From Eledone cirrhosa (taxonomy: Eukaryota), in the NCBI GenBank assembly GCA_964016885.1, contig OZ024755.1, forward strand, positions 186,001-250,000: a DNA stretch of 64,000 nt, read 5' to 3'. Shown one piece after another: positions 13,753-25,999 of this stretch. Under the pieces are notes generated by a model. The model searched no databases, was not told the DNA's origin, and worked only from the letters and a program-made list of their open reading frames with translations. How positions within the stretch are numbered: position 1 is the first letter of the stretch; each line of letters starts with the position of its first letter. The position numbers and the translations under genes were made by a program.

Positions 13753-16185
13753 CATCATCATCATCATCACCGTTTTACGTCCGTTCTTCCACGCTAGCAT
13801 GGGTTAGACGGGTTGTCCTGTTGTGGGCAGTGTCTGGTCGGCTGACCATGCCTTGCTCATACAGGAACTGATCTGGCTTGATTTCTACAGCTGGATGCCC
13901 TTCCTAACACCAACCTCATTTACAGTGAGTGCTGGGTGCTTTTTCGTGGCGCCTACACGTCCACTTTACAGTGTGGGCTGGGTGCTTTTTTGCCGTGGCA
14001 CCTCCACGACCACCTTGCGGTGGGGGGGCATATTGTTTATATGCTTCAGCATGTACCCATGGGAGGTCGGGTACCCTGTATTACTGCGTGACGCCAGAAG
14101 TCACGGTCGTGTGTCATTGACTTTGAGAGGTGTAGTTGGGTAAGGTCGGCTTTTATCACCTCATCCCAAGTCATCTTGGGTCTCCCCACTCCGCGGTTTC
14201 CATCAACTTCTAGTGCTCTGCACCTTTTTATGCAGCTGTCATCCTTCATACGCATCACATGTCCATACCAGCGTAACCGCCTCTCCTGCACGCAGCATTT
14301 GATTCCTCTTATGCTCAGTCTCTCTCTCAATTCCTTTATGCTTTGTCGTTCACGTATATTACTGTTACACATCCATCGGAGCATGCAGGCGTCGTTTCTC
14401 TCTAATCTACGTAAGTCTTCCACCTTCAGCGCCCAGGTCTCACTACCATGCAACATCGCTGTTCGGATACACGCATCATACAGTCTGCCTTTCATTCTGA
14501 GGGAGAAGCCTTTTGCAGCTAGCAGTGGTAGTAGTTCCCTAAACTTCTTCCATCCCGTTCTTACCCTAGTTATTGTACTTTCTGAGCACCCACCTCCGTT
14601 GCTAATTCGGTCACCTAGGTAGCAGAAGCTGTCTACTGTTTCTACAGGGCCCTCCCAGAGATTGGTGGTACTTGTTTCCTGTGGCTGTTTGCTTGCTGTT
14701 TCAGCACAGCTGCTGCATGTGAATCCTACATTCTTAATTAAGCTTCCTGAGATCCCGCTACATCTCTTGTGTACCCATTGTTTGCATTTGGGGCAAAGAA
14801 TGGAGTTCCTACCTACACCTTTCCTACATACTGAGCAAGGCCATTTCCCTGAGGGGATCTGGGTTCTGTTTTCTCGTCTACTTATAAGGACCTTAGTCTT
14901 TGTCATGTTGACTTTGAGGCCCTTTCTCTCTAGTCCCTGCTTCCAGGTTTGGAATTTATTCTCTAGTTCTACCATAGATTCAGCTATGAGTGCGAGGTCA
15001 TCAGCATACAGGAGTTCCCATGGGCATCCGGTCTTAAACTCCTCCGTTATTGCCTGCAGGACTATGATGAACAGGAGAGGGCTAAGAACAGAGCCCTGGT
15101 GGACCCCAACCTGTACGCTAAATTCCTCGCTATACTCATTGCCAATCCTAACTTTGCTGACTGCTCCCCTATACATGGCTTGTACCGCTTTCACAAGCCA
15201 TTCATCTACTCCTAGTTTTCTAAGAGCCCACCAGATTACTGCACGTGGAACTCTGTCAAAGGCTTTCTCAAGGTCGACAAATGCCAAGTAGAGTGGCTTA
15301 CTTTTAGCTAGGTACTTTTCCTGTAATTGCCTCACAAGGAAGAGCGCATCAGTGGTGCCTTTCCCTGGTACAAACCCAAATTGCATCTCGTCTATATTCA
15401 CCCGGTCCCTAATCAGCTGTGCTATAACTCTTTCTGTTACTTTCATGACCTGGTCCATCAACTTTATACCTCTATAGTTTCCTCTATCTAGTGCATCGCC
15501 TTTACCTTTGTAGCAGTTGACAATGATGCTACTGCACCAATCTTTTGGTATGGCCCCCTCTAGTATTACCTGGTTAACGATACGTGTGGTTATAGTGTGG
15601 CCTACAGACCCAGATGCCTTCAGCATCTCGGCAGCTATACCCGATGGACCGGTTGCCTTCCCTATCTTCATATCTCTGATTGCCTTACTTACTACGCTGC
15701 CGCTGACTTGTACTGCTGGTCCCTCTATAGGGTCTACGTGGGGTAGGGTCTCTTCTTCCCATGCATTCTCCTCATTTAGTAATCTATCATAATGACTCTT
15801 CCATGCATCTTTCTTCTCAGCACTTGTGAGGGCAAGCTCACCTTTATCATTCCGGATACACTTCTCTCCAATGACATCACAACTATCTCTGACACACTGC
15901 CTCGCAATCTTGAATACCTCCTGTTTCTGGTCCTCACGTTGTAAAACATGCTTGAATTTTCTATCCTCTGCTTCCCTCCTAGCTAAGTATACTTGTCGCC
16001 TAGCTTCCCTCTTGGTCTCTATGTAATGTACCCTGCTCCCCCCGTTCTTCCATTCTTTCCATGCCTGTCTCTTGGCCTTGACTGCTTCATCTACCTTATT
16101 GTTCCACCACCAAGTCACTCTCCTCCTGCTTGAGGTCTTACTCCAGCCACAAACCTCATCCGTCGCCTCTAGTAAGTTATTTTTT
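13753..16185 (-). mobile_element. RTE-clade LINE, subfamily A, 5'-truncated young copy
   Basis: (ATC)n tail on the plus strand from 13751; 10-bp TSD ATGTATGTAT at 13743-13752 and 16263-16272; uninterrupted RT frame. Confidence 0.95.
14046..16185 (-). CDS. RTE ORF fragment: reverse transcriptase with embedded PHD-type finger (endonuclease lost by 5' truncation)
   Basis: ORF 14046..16217: NYRGIKL, QFGF, FVDLEKAFDRV, GVHQGSVLSPLLF, LLYADDL, FCYLG; its first ~10 codons come from captured flanking DNA. Confidence 0.93.
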
Positions 16186-16748
16186 AGTAAGAGCAGCTGT
16201 GAACTGCCTCCTTTCAAATGCTTGGTAGGCTCCCCAAAAGATTCTGTTACCTAGGTGACCTAATGTATGTATATATACATATATATGTGATGTGTGTGTG
16301 TGCATGTATAAATGTATAATATATATATATTATATATATGTGTGTATAAAGTAAACAGTCACTCTTAGTAATATATATTATTTTACTTTATAATACGTAT
16401 TGAGTCCTTTATTCAGTGCATGCTTAATACACTTAAGTACACAAAACTATTTTTAAAAAACCCTCCTATTATAACAAAGCTCTGATATCCAACATGAGAA
16501 CTATTTCCAAGATTAACAGAATCATCATCATCGTCACTTAAGTTCCATTCTCCCTGCCAGCAAGGGTTGACCAAATAAGCCCTTAAGCACAGACAGTGAC
16601 CTCTCAGATAAGGTGAACTGACATCTTGCTTACATACGTTCATGCACTATACACATACATGTGTATATACACATTTGCATATACCAGCCCCCATATATAT
16701 ATATAGTAATAATAATAAATTTGAAGACTAAAATCCAAAGAGGGCTCG

Positions 16749-16838
<90 letters not shown>

Positions 16839-16864
16839 GGAGAGAGGGGTCCATAGCAATACCA

Positions 16865-17530
16865 AATCTTTAGTTAGCAGTAAAGAAGACAGGAACAGTG
16901 CCAACAAGGGGAACTATCCGGGCTTAATAAGTGGAAAAGGAGTTGGTAGGAATCAACAGTGTATTCAATATAAAGCATGGATACATAAGAGACGTGCTGA
17001 AAAAGAAAGACTTTATATGAAGCAAGTGCCCAGGAGTAGTTAGCAGTAAGAGCAGCTGTGAACTGCCTCCTTTCAAATGCTTGGTAGGCTCCCCAAAAGA
17101 TTCTGTTACCTAGGTGACCTAATTAGCAATGAGGTTGTCTCTTCCAAAAGCATTGAAGGAAGAGTAAGAAATGGGTGGGAGAAAGGTGCAGGGAGATATC
17201 ATCTTTGTTGGCAATAAAAAAAATTGTCTCTCCAAGTGAAGGGTAGATTGTATGATAGTTGTGTATGACAAGTTATGATATATTGTTGTGAAACATGTTC
17301 ATTGAATGAAGAGGATGTGCAAAGGTTGAAAAGAAATGAAGAAAGCATGCTTCACTGGATATGTAAAGTTAGTCTGGGCATCAATGACAGAACATAATAT
17401 GTGGAGGGATGGAGAGAACAACTGGGTAGAAGGAGAATCAGATGTAATATGGAAGGGAGAAGTTAGTGCTGGTCAGACATGTAATACTTATGAAGGAGAA
17501 CAGCCATACAAGAGAAGGCCAGATTATGAA
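16865..17530 (+). pseudogene. Old, degraded RTE relic
   Basis: Decayed equivalents of KGVGRN, FCYLGD.IS, KGRLYD and LERNE..ML.W with stops and frameshifts. Confidence 0.7.
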
Positions 17531-18346
17531 CTTCTGGGGTCGAAAGCACTTAAAAATGGTTCCCTTTATATATGCATTATCCTGTAACTCCCGAGGGAGT
17601 CGTAGGGGTACCATATTGACATAGGGTGTTTCTAGGGCTATTTTTAAACCTGGCAGAACCCAATTCTTTCCAGGACTGATTTCTTCCAAATAAAGATAGA
17701 GAGAGCAAGAAAATGGAAGTGAGAGAGAAATGTAGAAGAAAAATTGACTCCAGTATTAGACTGGATTTTATTAACCTCAAATGGATGAAGTTGACATTGG
17801 CAGGATTTGAATTCAGAATGTAAAGTGTTTTCTCTGATGTTCTAATGTTTCTGCCAACCCACCAACAACAATATACATTGATTTCATTAACCCAGCCTGT
17901 CTGCTGTAAGCATAAATTATCACCATTTCCAATAATCAGCTAAATAGAGTAACATTAACAAGAGTCTTTAATTAAAAAGACAACAAGGGGAGTGTAAATA
18001 CAGAAAATCTATTCAAAATTACAAATTTTAGTTGCATGAATTTATTAATTAAAAACAATGTACTTCATTATATTTTTTATCTAATTGATTCAGAGAGTCG
18101 TTAAACATTTCCAGTGGAATTAAAACATGCAATTTCTGTTTTATGAAGTAATAATAGTTAGAAAATGAATGGATCTTCATTGGTTTTCACAATGAATGTC
18201 CCAGTTGTTTGATCAATGGTATGGCCTGCTTATGAATTTAACATGTAAGTGGCTGAGCATTCCACAGACGTGTATGGAGATTCAATGTGACATTTAAGTT
18301 CTTAATATTTTCTCCAACACTTTTCTAGCAACAATGAAAAGATGAA

Positions 18347-18471
18347 AGCTTGCCTGTTACAGTCATGTACCAGCTTGCCTGTTACAGTCATGTACCAGCT
18401 TGCCTGTTACAGTCATGTACCAGCTTGCCTGTTACAGTCATGTACCAGCTTGCCTGTTACAGTCATGTACC
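18347..18471. repeat. 25-bp minisatellite, 5 perfect copies
   Basis: Unit AGCTTGCCTGTTACAGTCATGTACC x5. Confidence 0.95.
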
Positions 18472-19584
18472 CCACTATAACAATATCAAGGACTGGAAGG
18501 GGATTCAACACTGTGACTCTTCTGAGAGAGAAAGCAGTGATGGTTGCTGATTATCAGAACATCTAGTGTGGAACCCCAATGACTAAGTGCTCCAGTTACA
18601 AGAAGATGATATAAAAATATAAAGTTCTCTGCTGTACTTAGCTAGGACTAGAGAATATTTTTTCTTTTCATTCCTATATATATTTTTTCTCAACAAAATT
18701 GATTTATCAAATACATAAATAGCAACTGTTACCACCCACCCCCTTCTTAATAGGATCTCTAAATGCAAAAAAAAATAAAAATAAAAAAAAAACCCAAAAA
18801 AACAAATAAACTGAGATTTCCTTAATTTTTGGAATTTCAGAAAACAAATGGTTAAAAACAAATAAAAACAAAAAAAAAACTACTAGAAGAAACTCATTTA
18901 CAAAGACCAATTTTTCAGATAAAATTCCATATTTCTCAAGTCTGGAAAGTTAATTACCTCTATATAATAAAACATTGGCTTTTATTATTATATAGCAGCC
19001 TAACATTAAATAAAGAGACAACTATTAACTTAGTCATTGATCTAAGTTCACTTTTTTTTTTAAAGCAATCCCTATAGGATCCCACCAGTAATAGTTCTAA
19101 AGCTCTGAATCAATGAGAATTGAAGAAATACAAATGAATCAATAAAATACCAGCTGTGAATTCTTTGATTTCGCAAAAAAAAAAAAAAAAATAGTAATGA
19201 TAATAATAAATAATAAATTTAAAAAAATAGATAAAATAAAAAATGATTAAAAAAAATATAGAAACAAAAACCCAAAAGAAATGTTATCATGCAACAAGGC
19301 AATTTTGAGCCATTAAAATTCCAAGAAGAAAATTTCTTAAAAATTTTTTTTTCCTCAATATTTTCCACTTCACCGCTATTATTATTATTATTGTTATTAT
19401 CATCATCATCATCAGCAGCATTATTATTATCATTATGTTTTTCTTCTTCCTTTCGGATATTTGATTTTTAGGAATAAATAGTAAGATGAGCTATTTTTGT
19501 TTTAGCCAATTTGCTTTGTTGAGGTTCACAGGAAATGTTAAGAAAAATCTATTGGAATATGGAATATATATACATATATATATG

Positions 19585-19622
<38 letters not shown>

Positions 19623-19632
19623 CATATATATA

Positions 19633-20439
19633 TAAAATGAAAGGCAGAAGCAGGCTGTATGATGCCTGCATACGAACAACAATGTTACATGGCAGTGAGA
19701 CTTGGGCATTGTGTGCAGAGGAACGAAGCTTGCATGCTCCGCTGGATGTGTAATAGTAATATACGTGAACGGCAAAGCATAAACGAACTAAGGGAGAAAT
19801 TAGGAATAAAAGGGATCAGATGTTGTTTACTCGAGAGAAGACTACGTTGGTATGGTCACGTGATGTGCATGAAAGAATGATAGCTGTACAAAAAAAGTGC
19901 AGGGCGATAAAAATAGACGGTAGCCACGGAGTAGGCAGACCCAGAAAAACCTGGGACGACTTGATAAATTCCAACCTCACACACTTACACCTCTCCAAGA
20001 CAATGTCACTGGACCGAGGTCTTTGGCTCTACACAGTAATACAGAAGACCCGACTTGCCTAAGTACAAAGCGAAACCTACAGTCAGTAGGCACCTCTAAC
20101 AAAAATACACCCCCGTCCCATTACCCCCACCCCATCCACACCACCCCTTTCAATGTAAAGTTATGTTGGTACCACAACATCCAGTCCGAAACAAATGAGG
20201 TTGTGTAGGTGTCACGACAAAAAAACACACAGTCCACGCTGTAATGTGGCTGTGTAGATAACACGGTAAAAACCTCCCAGTGCACACTGTAAACGTGGTT
20301 GGTGTTAGGAAGGGCATCCAGCTGTAGAAAACCCACCAGACAGTCCTATACCAGCAAGACAACCAATCTTGCCTCAAGTGCGAAAATGCCTGTCCAAACC
20401 CATGCAAGCGTGGAAGATGGACGTTAAACGATGATGATG

Positions 20440-20441
<2 letters not shown>
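19633..20441 (+). mobile_element. RTE LINE subfamily B, degraded 3' fragment
   Basis: Frameshifted MKGRLYDACIRT...RLRWYGHV...GRPRKTW; (ATG)n tail running into (TA)n. Confidence 0.88.
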
Positions 20442-20897
<456 letters not shown>

Positions 20898-21130
20898 GTA
20901 TTAAGGGTACTATTTATGGTTATGTATGCAATAAAACCTTTGATGGTAATATATTATATATATACAAACCCTAAATAGTGAGAGATAGTCATTAATTACT
21001 ATCCTATTACCAGTAAGATAAATAGCTCAATGTAATAACATCAGAAGAATCCAAACCTCGGTTTGGAGGAAACAATTGTAAGCAAATAAATGACTTAAAC
21101 TGAACTTTGATTACCGTAATCTCTATATAT

Positions 21131-21174
<44 letters not shown>

Positions 21175-21225
21175 TTAATTGCCCTGATGAGTCCTTAATA
21201 GGACGAAACATTGTTGGCTAATAAA
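21175..21225 (+). ncRNA. Minimal type I hammerhead ribozyme motif (Penelope-type)
   Basis: GCC-CTGATGA-GTCC ttaata GGAC-GAAAC att GTT-GGC: intact core, 4-bp stem II, quasi-palindromic helix III (AACATTGTT), stem I GCC/GGC; predicted cut after 21215. Confidence 0.75.
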
Positions 21226-21290
21226 GACTTTTGATGTATTGAAGGCTTCTTTGTTTTACTTTATAAATATATATATATATATATATATAT

Positions 21291-21436
21291 AGTTTTAATA
21301 TAGATGAGATTCTACAGGACTAGAACTGTTTCATTCTTTAGAAATCATCAGGAATCTCTGATTCATCAGGGATTCCTGATGATTTCTAAAGAATGAAACA
21401 GTTCTAGTCCTGTAGAATCTCATCTATATTAAAACT
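21291..21436. ncRNA. 72-bp-arm palindrome carrying a type I hammerhead on each strand (Penelope-like inverted terminus)
   Basis: Arms 21291-21362 and 21365-21436 with one mismatch. Plus copy: GATTC-CTGATGA-T TTC taaa GAA T-GAA ACAG ttctagtc CTGT A-GAATC (cut after 21414); mirror copy on the minus strand. Confidence 0.75.
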
Positions 21437-21533
21437 TTTATACTCTGCAATGTATTGAGTACCTTACTTACTGTGGTTACCTCCGATTCAACCCGGAATA
21501 ACGTACTATATATATATATATATATATACATAT

Positions 21534-21584
21534 TTAATTGCCCTGATGAGTCCTTAATAGTACGAAACATTGTTGGCTAATAAA
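21534..21584 (+). ncRNA. Second copy of the minimal hammerhead, with one stem II mismatch
   Basis: Part of a ~95-bp direct repeat of 21172-21267, offset 359 bp; GGAC changed to GTAC. Confidence 0.6.
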
Positions 21585-21636
21585 GACTTTTGATGTATTG
21601 AAGGCTTCTTTGTTTTACTTTATAAATAATATATAC

Positions 21637-21680
<44 letters not shown>

Positions 21681-21683
<3 letters not shown>

Positions 21684-23451
21684 GCGCAACTAATCAGAGA
21701 GAGAATTGATCTAGATGAAATGCAGTTCGGGTTTGTGTCAGGCAAAAGTACCACAGACGCTCTTTTCATTGTACGACAACTACAGGAGAAGTACCTAGCT
21801 AAAAGTAAACCCCTATACTTAGCTTTCGTCGACTTGGAGAAAGCCTTCGACAGAGTCCCCCGTTCCATTATCTGGTGGTCTCTTAGAAAACTAGGTGTTG
21901 ACGAATGGCTTGTGAGAGTTATACAAGCCATGTATAAAGAAACAGTCAGTAAGGTTAGAATTAACAACGAATATAGTGAAGAGTTTAGCGTAAAAGTTGG
22001 TGTCCATCAGGGCTCTGTTCTTAGCCCCCTACTATTTATTATTGCCCTTCAGGCTATAACAGAGGAGTTCAAGACCGGCTGCCCATGGGAACTCCTATAC
22101 GCAGATGATCTAACGCTCATAGCTGAATCAATGACCGAACTAGAGAAGAAGTTCCAAACATGGAAGCACGGCCTAGAATCAAAAGGCCTTAAAATTAACC
22201 TGGCTAAGACTAAAGTTCTAGTTTGTAGGAAAGAAAATAAGGCGGCGGTCCCATCTGGGAAATGGCCATGCTCAGTGTGTAGGAAAGGCGTAGGTAGAAA
22301 CTCCATTTTATGTCCCAAATGCAAAGTATGGGTGCATAAAAGATGTAGTGGGATCACAGGTAAGCTAACTAAGAACATAGATTTTACATGTGGCCGGTGC
22401 TCTGGTGCAATAAGTAGCAGCAAGTGCCCACAAAATACTAGCTCCTTCAACTGCGCAGAGGGTTCTATAGAAATAGTGGACAGCTTCCGTTACCTGGGTG
22501 ACAAAATCAGCAGTGGGGGAGGGTGCTCTGAAAGTACAGTAGCTAGAGTCAGAACTGGATGGAAAAAGTTCAGAGAGCTTATACCACTATTAGCCGCTAG
22601 AGGGTTCTCCCTAAAAATGAAAGGCAGGTTATACGATGCCTGCATACGAACAGCAATGCTGCATGGCAGTGAGACCTGGGCATTGTGTGCAGAGGATATA
22701 CGCAGACTAGAGAGGAACGAAGCTTGCATGCTCCGCTGGATGTGCAATAGAAATATACGTGAACGGCAAAGCATAAACGAACTAAGGAAAAAATTAGAAA
22801 TAAGAGGGATCAGATGTTGTTTACTCGAGAGAAGGCTACGTTGGTACGGTCACGTGATGCGCATGAAAGACGACAGCTGTATAACAAAGTGCAGGGCAAT
22901 AAAGATAGACGGTAGCCACGGAGTAGGCAGACCCAGAAAAACATGGGACGAGCTGATAAATTCCGACCTCACACGCTTACACCTCTCCAAGACAATGTCA
23001 CTGGACCGAGACCTTTGGCGGTACTCAGTAATAGAGAAGACCCGCCTTACCTAAATACAAAGTAAAAACCTACTACAGTCAGTAGGCATCTCTATCAAAA
23101 CACACCCCTGTCCCACCACCTCCACCCCATCCACACCGCCCCTTCAATGTAAAGTTATGTTGGTCCCACAACATCCAGGCCGAAACAAATGAGATCGTGT
23201 AGGTGTCACGACAAAAAAACACACAGTCCACGCTGTAAATGTGGCCGTGTAGGCAACACGGTAAAAACCTCCCAGCCCCACACTGTAAATGTGGTTGGTG
23301 TTAGGAAGGGCATCCAACTGTAGAAAACCCGCCAGACAGTCCTATGCGAGCAAGACAACCACTCTTGCCTCAAGTGGGAAAACCCCCGTCCAAACCCATG
23401 CAAGCGTGGAACACGGACGCTAAATCTGATGATGATGATGATGATGATGAT
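21681..23451 (+). mobile_element. RTE LINE subfamily B, 5'-truncated, open 444-codon RT-PHD frame
   Basis: ORF 21720..23054 with all RT motifs and the C4HC3 finger; (GAT)n tail; inserted in (TA)n. Confidence 0.94.
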
Positions 23452-23454
23452 ACA

Positions 23455-23488
<34 letters not shown>

Positions 23489-23660
23489 CATATATATATA
23501 CATATATATACATATATATATATACATACATATATATACATATATATATACATATATATACATATATATATATATAATATATATACACATATATATACAT
23601 ATATATATATATACATATATATACATATATATTTACATATATATATACATATATATATAC

Positions 23661-23731
<71 letters not shown>

Positions 23732-24081
23732 CATATATATATATACATATATATATATACATATATATATACATATATATATATACATATATATATACAT
23801 ATATAAAATATTAAACAAATAATGAATAAAACAATGAAACAGTTCCTTATATTAAATATATACATATATATATACATATATATATATACATATATATATA
23901 TATGTATACATATATATATACATATATATACATATACATATATATATATATATATATACATATATATATACATATACATATATATACATACATATACATA
24001 TACATATATATACATACATATATATATACATATACATATATATACATACATATATATATACATATACATATATATACATAC

Positions 24082-24140
<59 letters not shown>

Positions 24141-24163
24141 CATATATACATATATATCTATAC

Positions 24164-24236
<73 letters not shown>

Positions 24237-24239
<3 letters not shown>

Positions 24240-24431
24240 CAAAGGAAATGTGGTACGGAACCAGATGGACCATAACGCACCAAAGTACTCAATACTTAGG
24301 GTAGTAGAGTGGGTAATAGGAACGAGTAGGACCCCGACAGCTGAGCTCAAGCCGTTTCGACGGCTAATTCTGGACTGAATTAGCCTTCGAAACGGCTTGA
24401 GCTCAGCTGTCGGGGTCCTACTCGTTCCTAT
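24237..24431 (-). mobile_element. Penelope-like terminal fragment with a 55-bp-arm fold-back and partial hammerhead
   Basis: Arms 24316-24370 and 24377-24431 with one mismatch; GAAACGGCT tgagctc AGCTGTC GGGGTCC; minus-strand GTATTGAGTAC motif also at ~21452, ~61806 and ~13368. Confidence 0.65.
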
Positions 24432-24457
24432 ATACATATACATATATATATATATAC

Positions 24458-24494
<37 letters not shown>

Positions 24495-24578
24495 CATATA
24501 TATATACATATATACATATTATATATATATATATACATATTATATATATATATATACATATTATATATATATATATAC

Positions 24579-24618
<40 letters not shown>

Positions 24619-24656
24619 TATATATACATATATACATATTATATATATATATACAC

Positions 24657-24715
<59 letters not shown>

Positions 24716-24730
24716 TATATATATATATAT

Positions 24731-25162
24731 GAGACCCAAGATGATCTGGGATGAGGTGATAAAAGCCGACCTTACCCAATTACACCTCTCAAAGGCGATG
24801 ACACACGACCGTGACCTCTGGCGTCACGCAGTAATACAGAGTACCCGACCCCCCATGGGTACAAGCTGAAGCATATAGACAATATGCCCCCACACTGCAA
24901 GGTGGTCGTGGAGGTGCCACGGTAAAAAAAGCACCCAGCCCACACTGTAAAGTGGACGTGTAGGCGCCACGAAAAAGCACCCAGCCCTCACTGTAAATGA
25001 GGTTGGTGTTAGGAAGGGCATCCAGCTGTAGAAATCTAGCCAGATCAGTTCCTGTATGAGCAAGGCATGGTCAGCTGACCAGACACTGCCCACAATAGGA
25101 CAACCCGTCTAACCCATGCTAGCGTGGAAGAACGGACGTAAAACAGTGATGATGATGATGAT
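24731..25162 (+). mobile_element. RTE subfamily A 3' fragment
   Basis: Matches about 26835-27286; (GAT)n tail; flanked by (TA)n. Confidence 0.9.
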
Positions 25163-25213
25163 ATATATATATATATATATACACATATATTATATATATA
25201 TACATATATATAT

Positions 25214-25802
25214 TTCGAGTACGGCCACTACTTTATATCCATGTAGGAGAACCCCTACCGAAGCGCTGAACGAGTATGACTTTTTAGTCCAGCCAGCGAC
25301 TTGAAAACTCTGGTACAAACACTACACTTGTGACAATTATTGGCACATAGTGCTGGGCCAATGGTACCATGTGACGACAAGTGCAGAGAGATCTCCAGAT
25401 ATAAAGCAATGCCTGTGCCGTGAAGCTTTTATAGTGAGCAAAGGCACTGCACAAAGCCAGTCCCACTCTCTTAACCAAGATGATATTTACCAAAAAGAAG
25501 AACAAGCCAACATCATTGGATACCATCAGGGTTGCAGGTGTTATATCAGTTTTCCTTCTCCTAGAATTCTGCCTTTACAAAGGCTAAGGGGTCATCTCTC
25601 CCGGTGATTTTGGATGGCCATTGACTCTTAAGAGCTCCTTTGCCCTTTGACAGGTTTTGTTTTTAGTCCTGCAGGATGTCCAAAGTCACCCTCCTCACCA
25701 AGAAACCTTGGTGGGGTTGCCAGTTTAGTCGCCAACGACCCGACCATGAGACAGGTTGTACTGGGATACATGTTACCAGTAGCACCAACTGGTGACCTGA
25801 CC
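25214..25802 (-). mobile_element. Bipartite non-autonomous RTE/BovB-type element, copy 1
   Basis: Minus strand encodes a BovB-like C-terminal zinc-finger remnant [22 protein letters not shown]; nearly identical to 28324-28935. Confidence 0.65.
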
Positions 25803-25822
25803 ATATACATATATATACATAC

Positions 25823-25865
<43 letters not shown>

Positions 25866-25925
25866 CATACATATATATACATACATATACATACATACAT
25901 ACATACATATATATATACACATATA

Positions 25926-25957
<32 letters not shown>

Positions 25958-25999
25958 CATACATATATATATACATACATATATATATACATACATACA

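Noticed and set aside
14176-16254. Plus-strand ORFs over the LINE (also antisense ORFs at 4778-5714, 22049-22774, 25628-26842)
   Set aside because: Antisense shadows of the RT frame with no independent motif.
18347-18471. Regular repeat arrays (also 42793 and 63121) as CRISPR
   Set aside because: No unique spacers, no cas genes, eukaryotic context.
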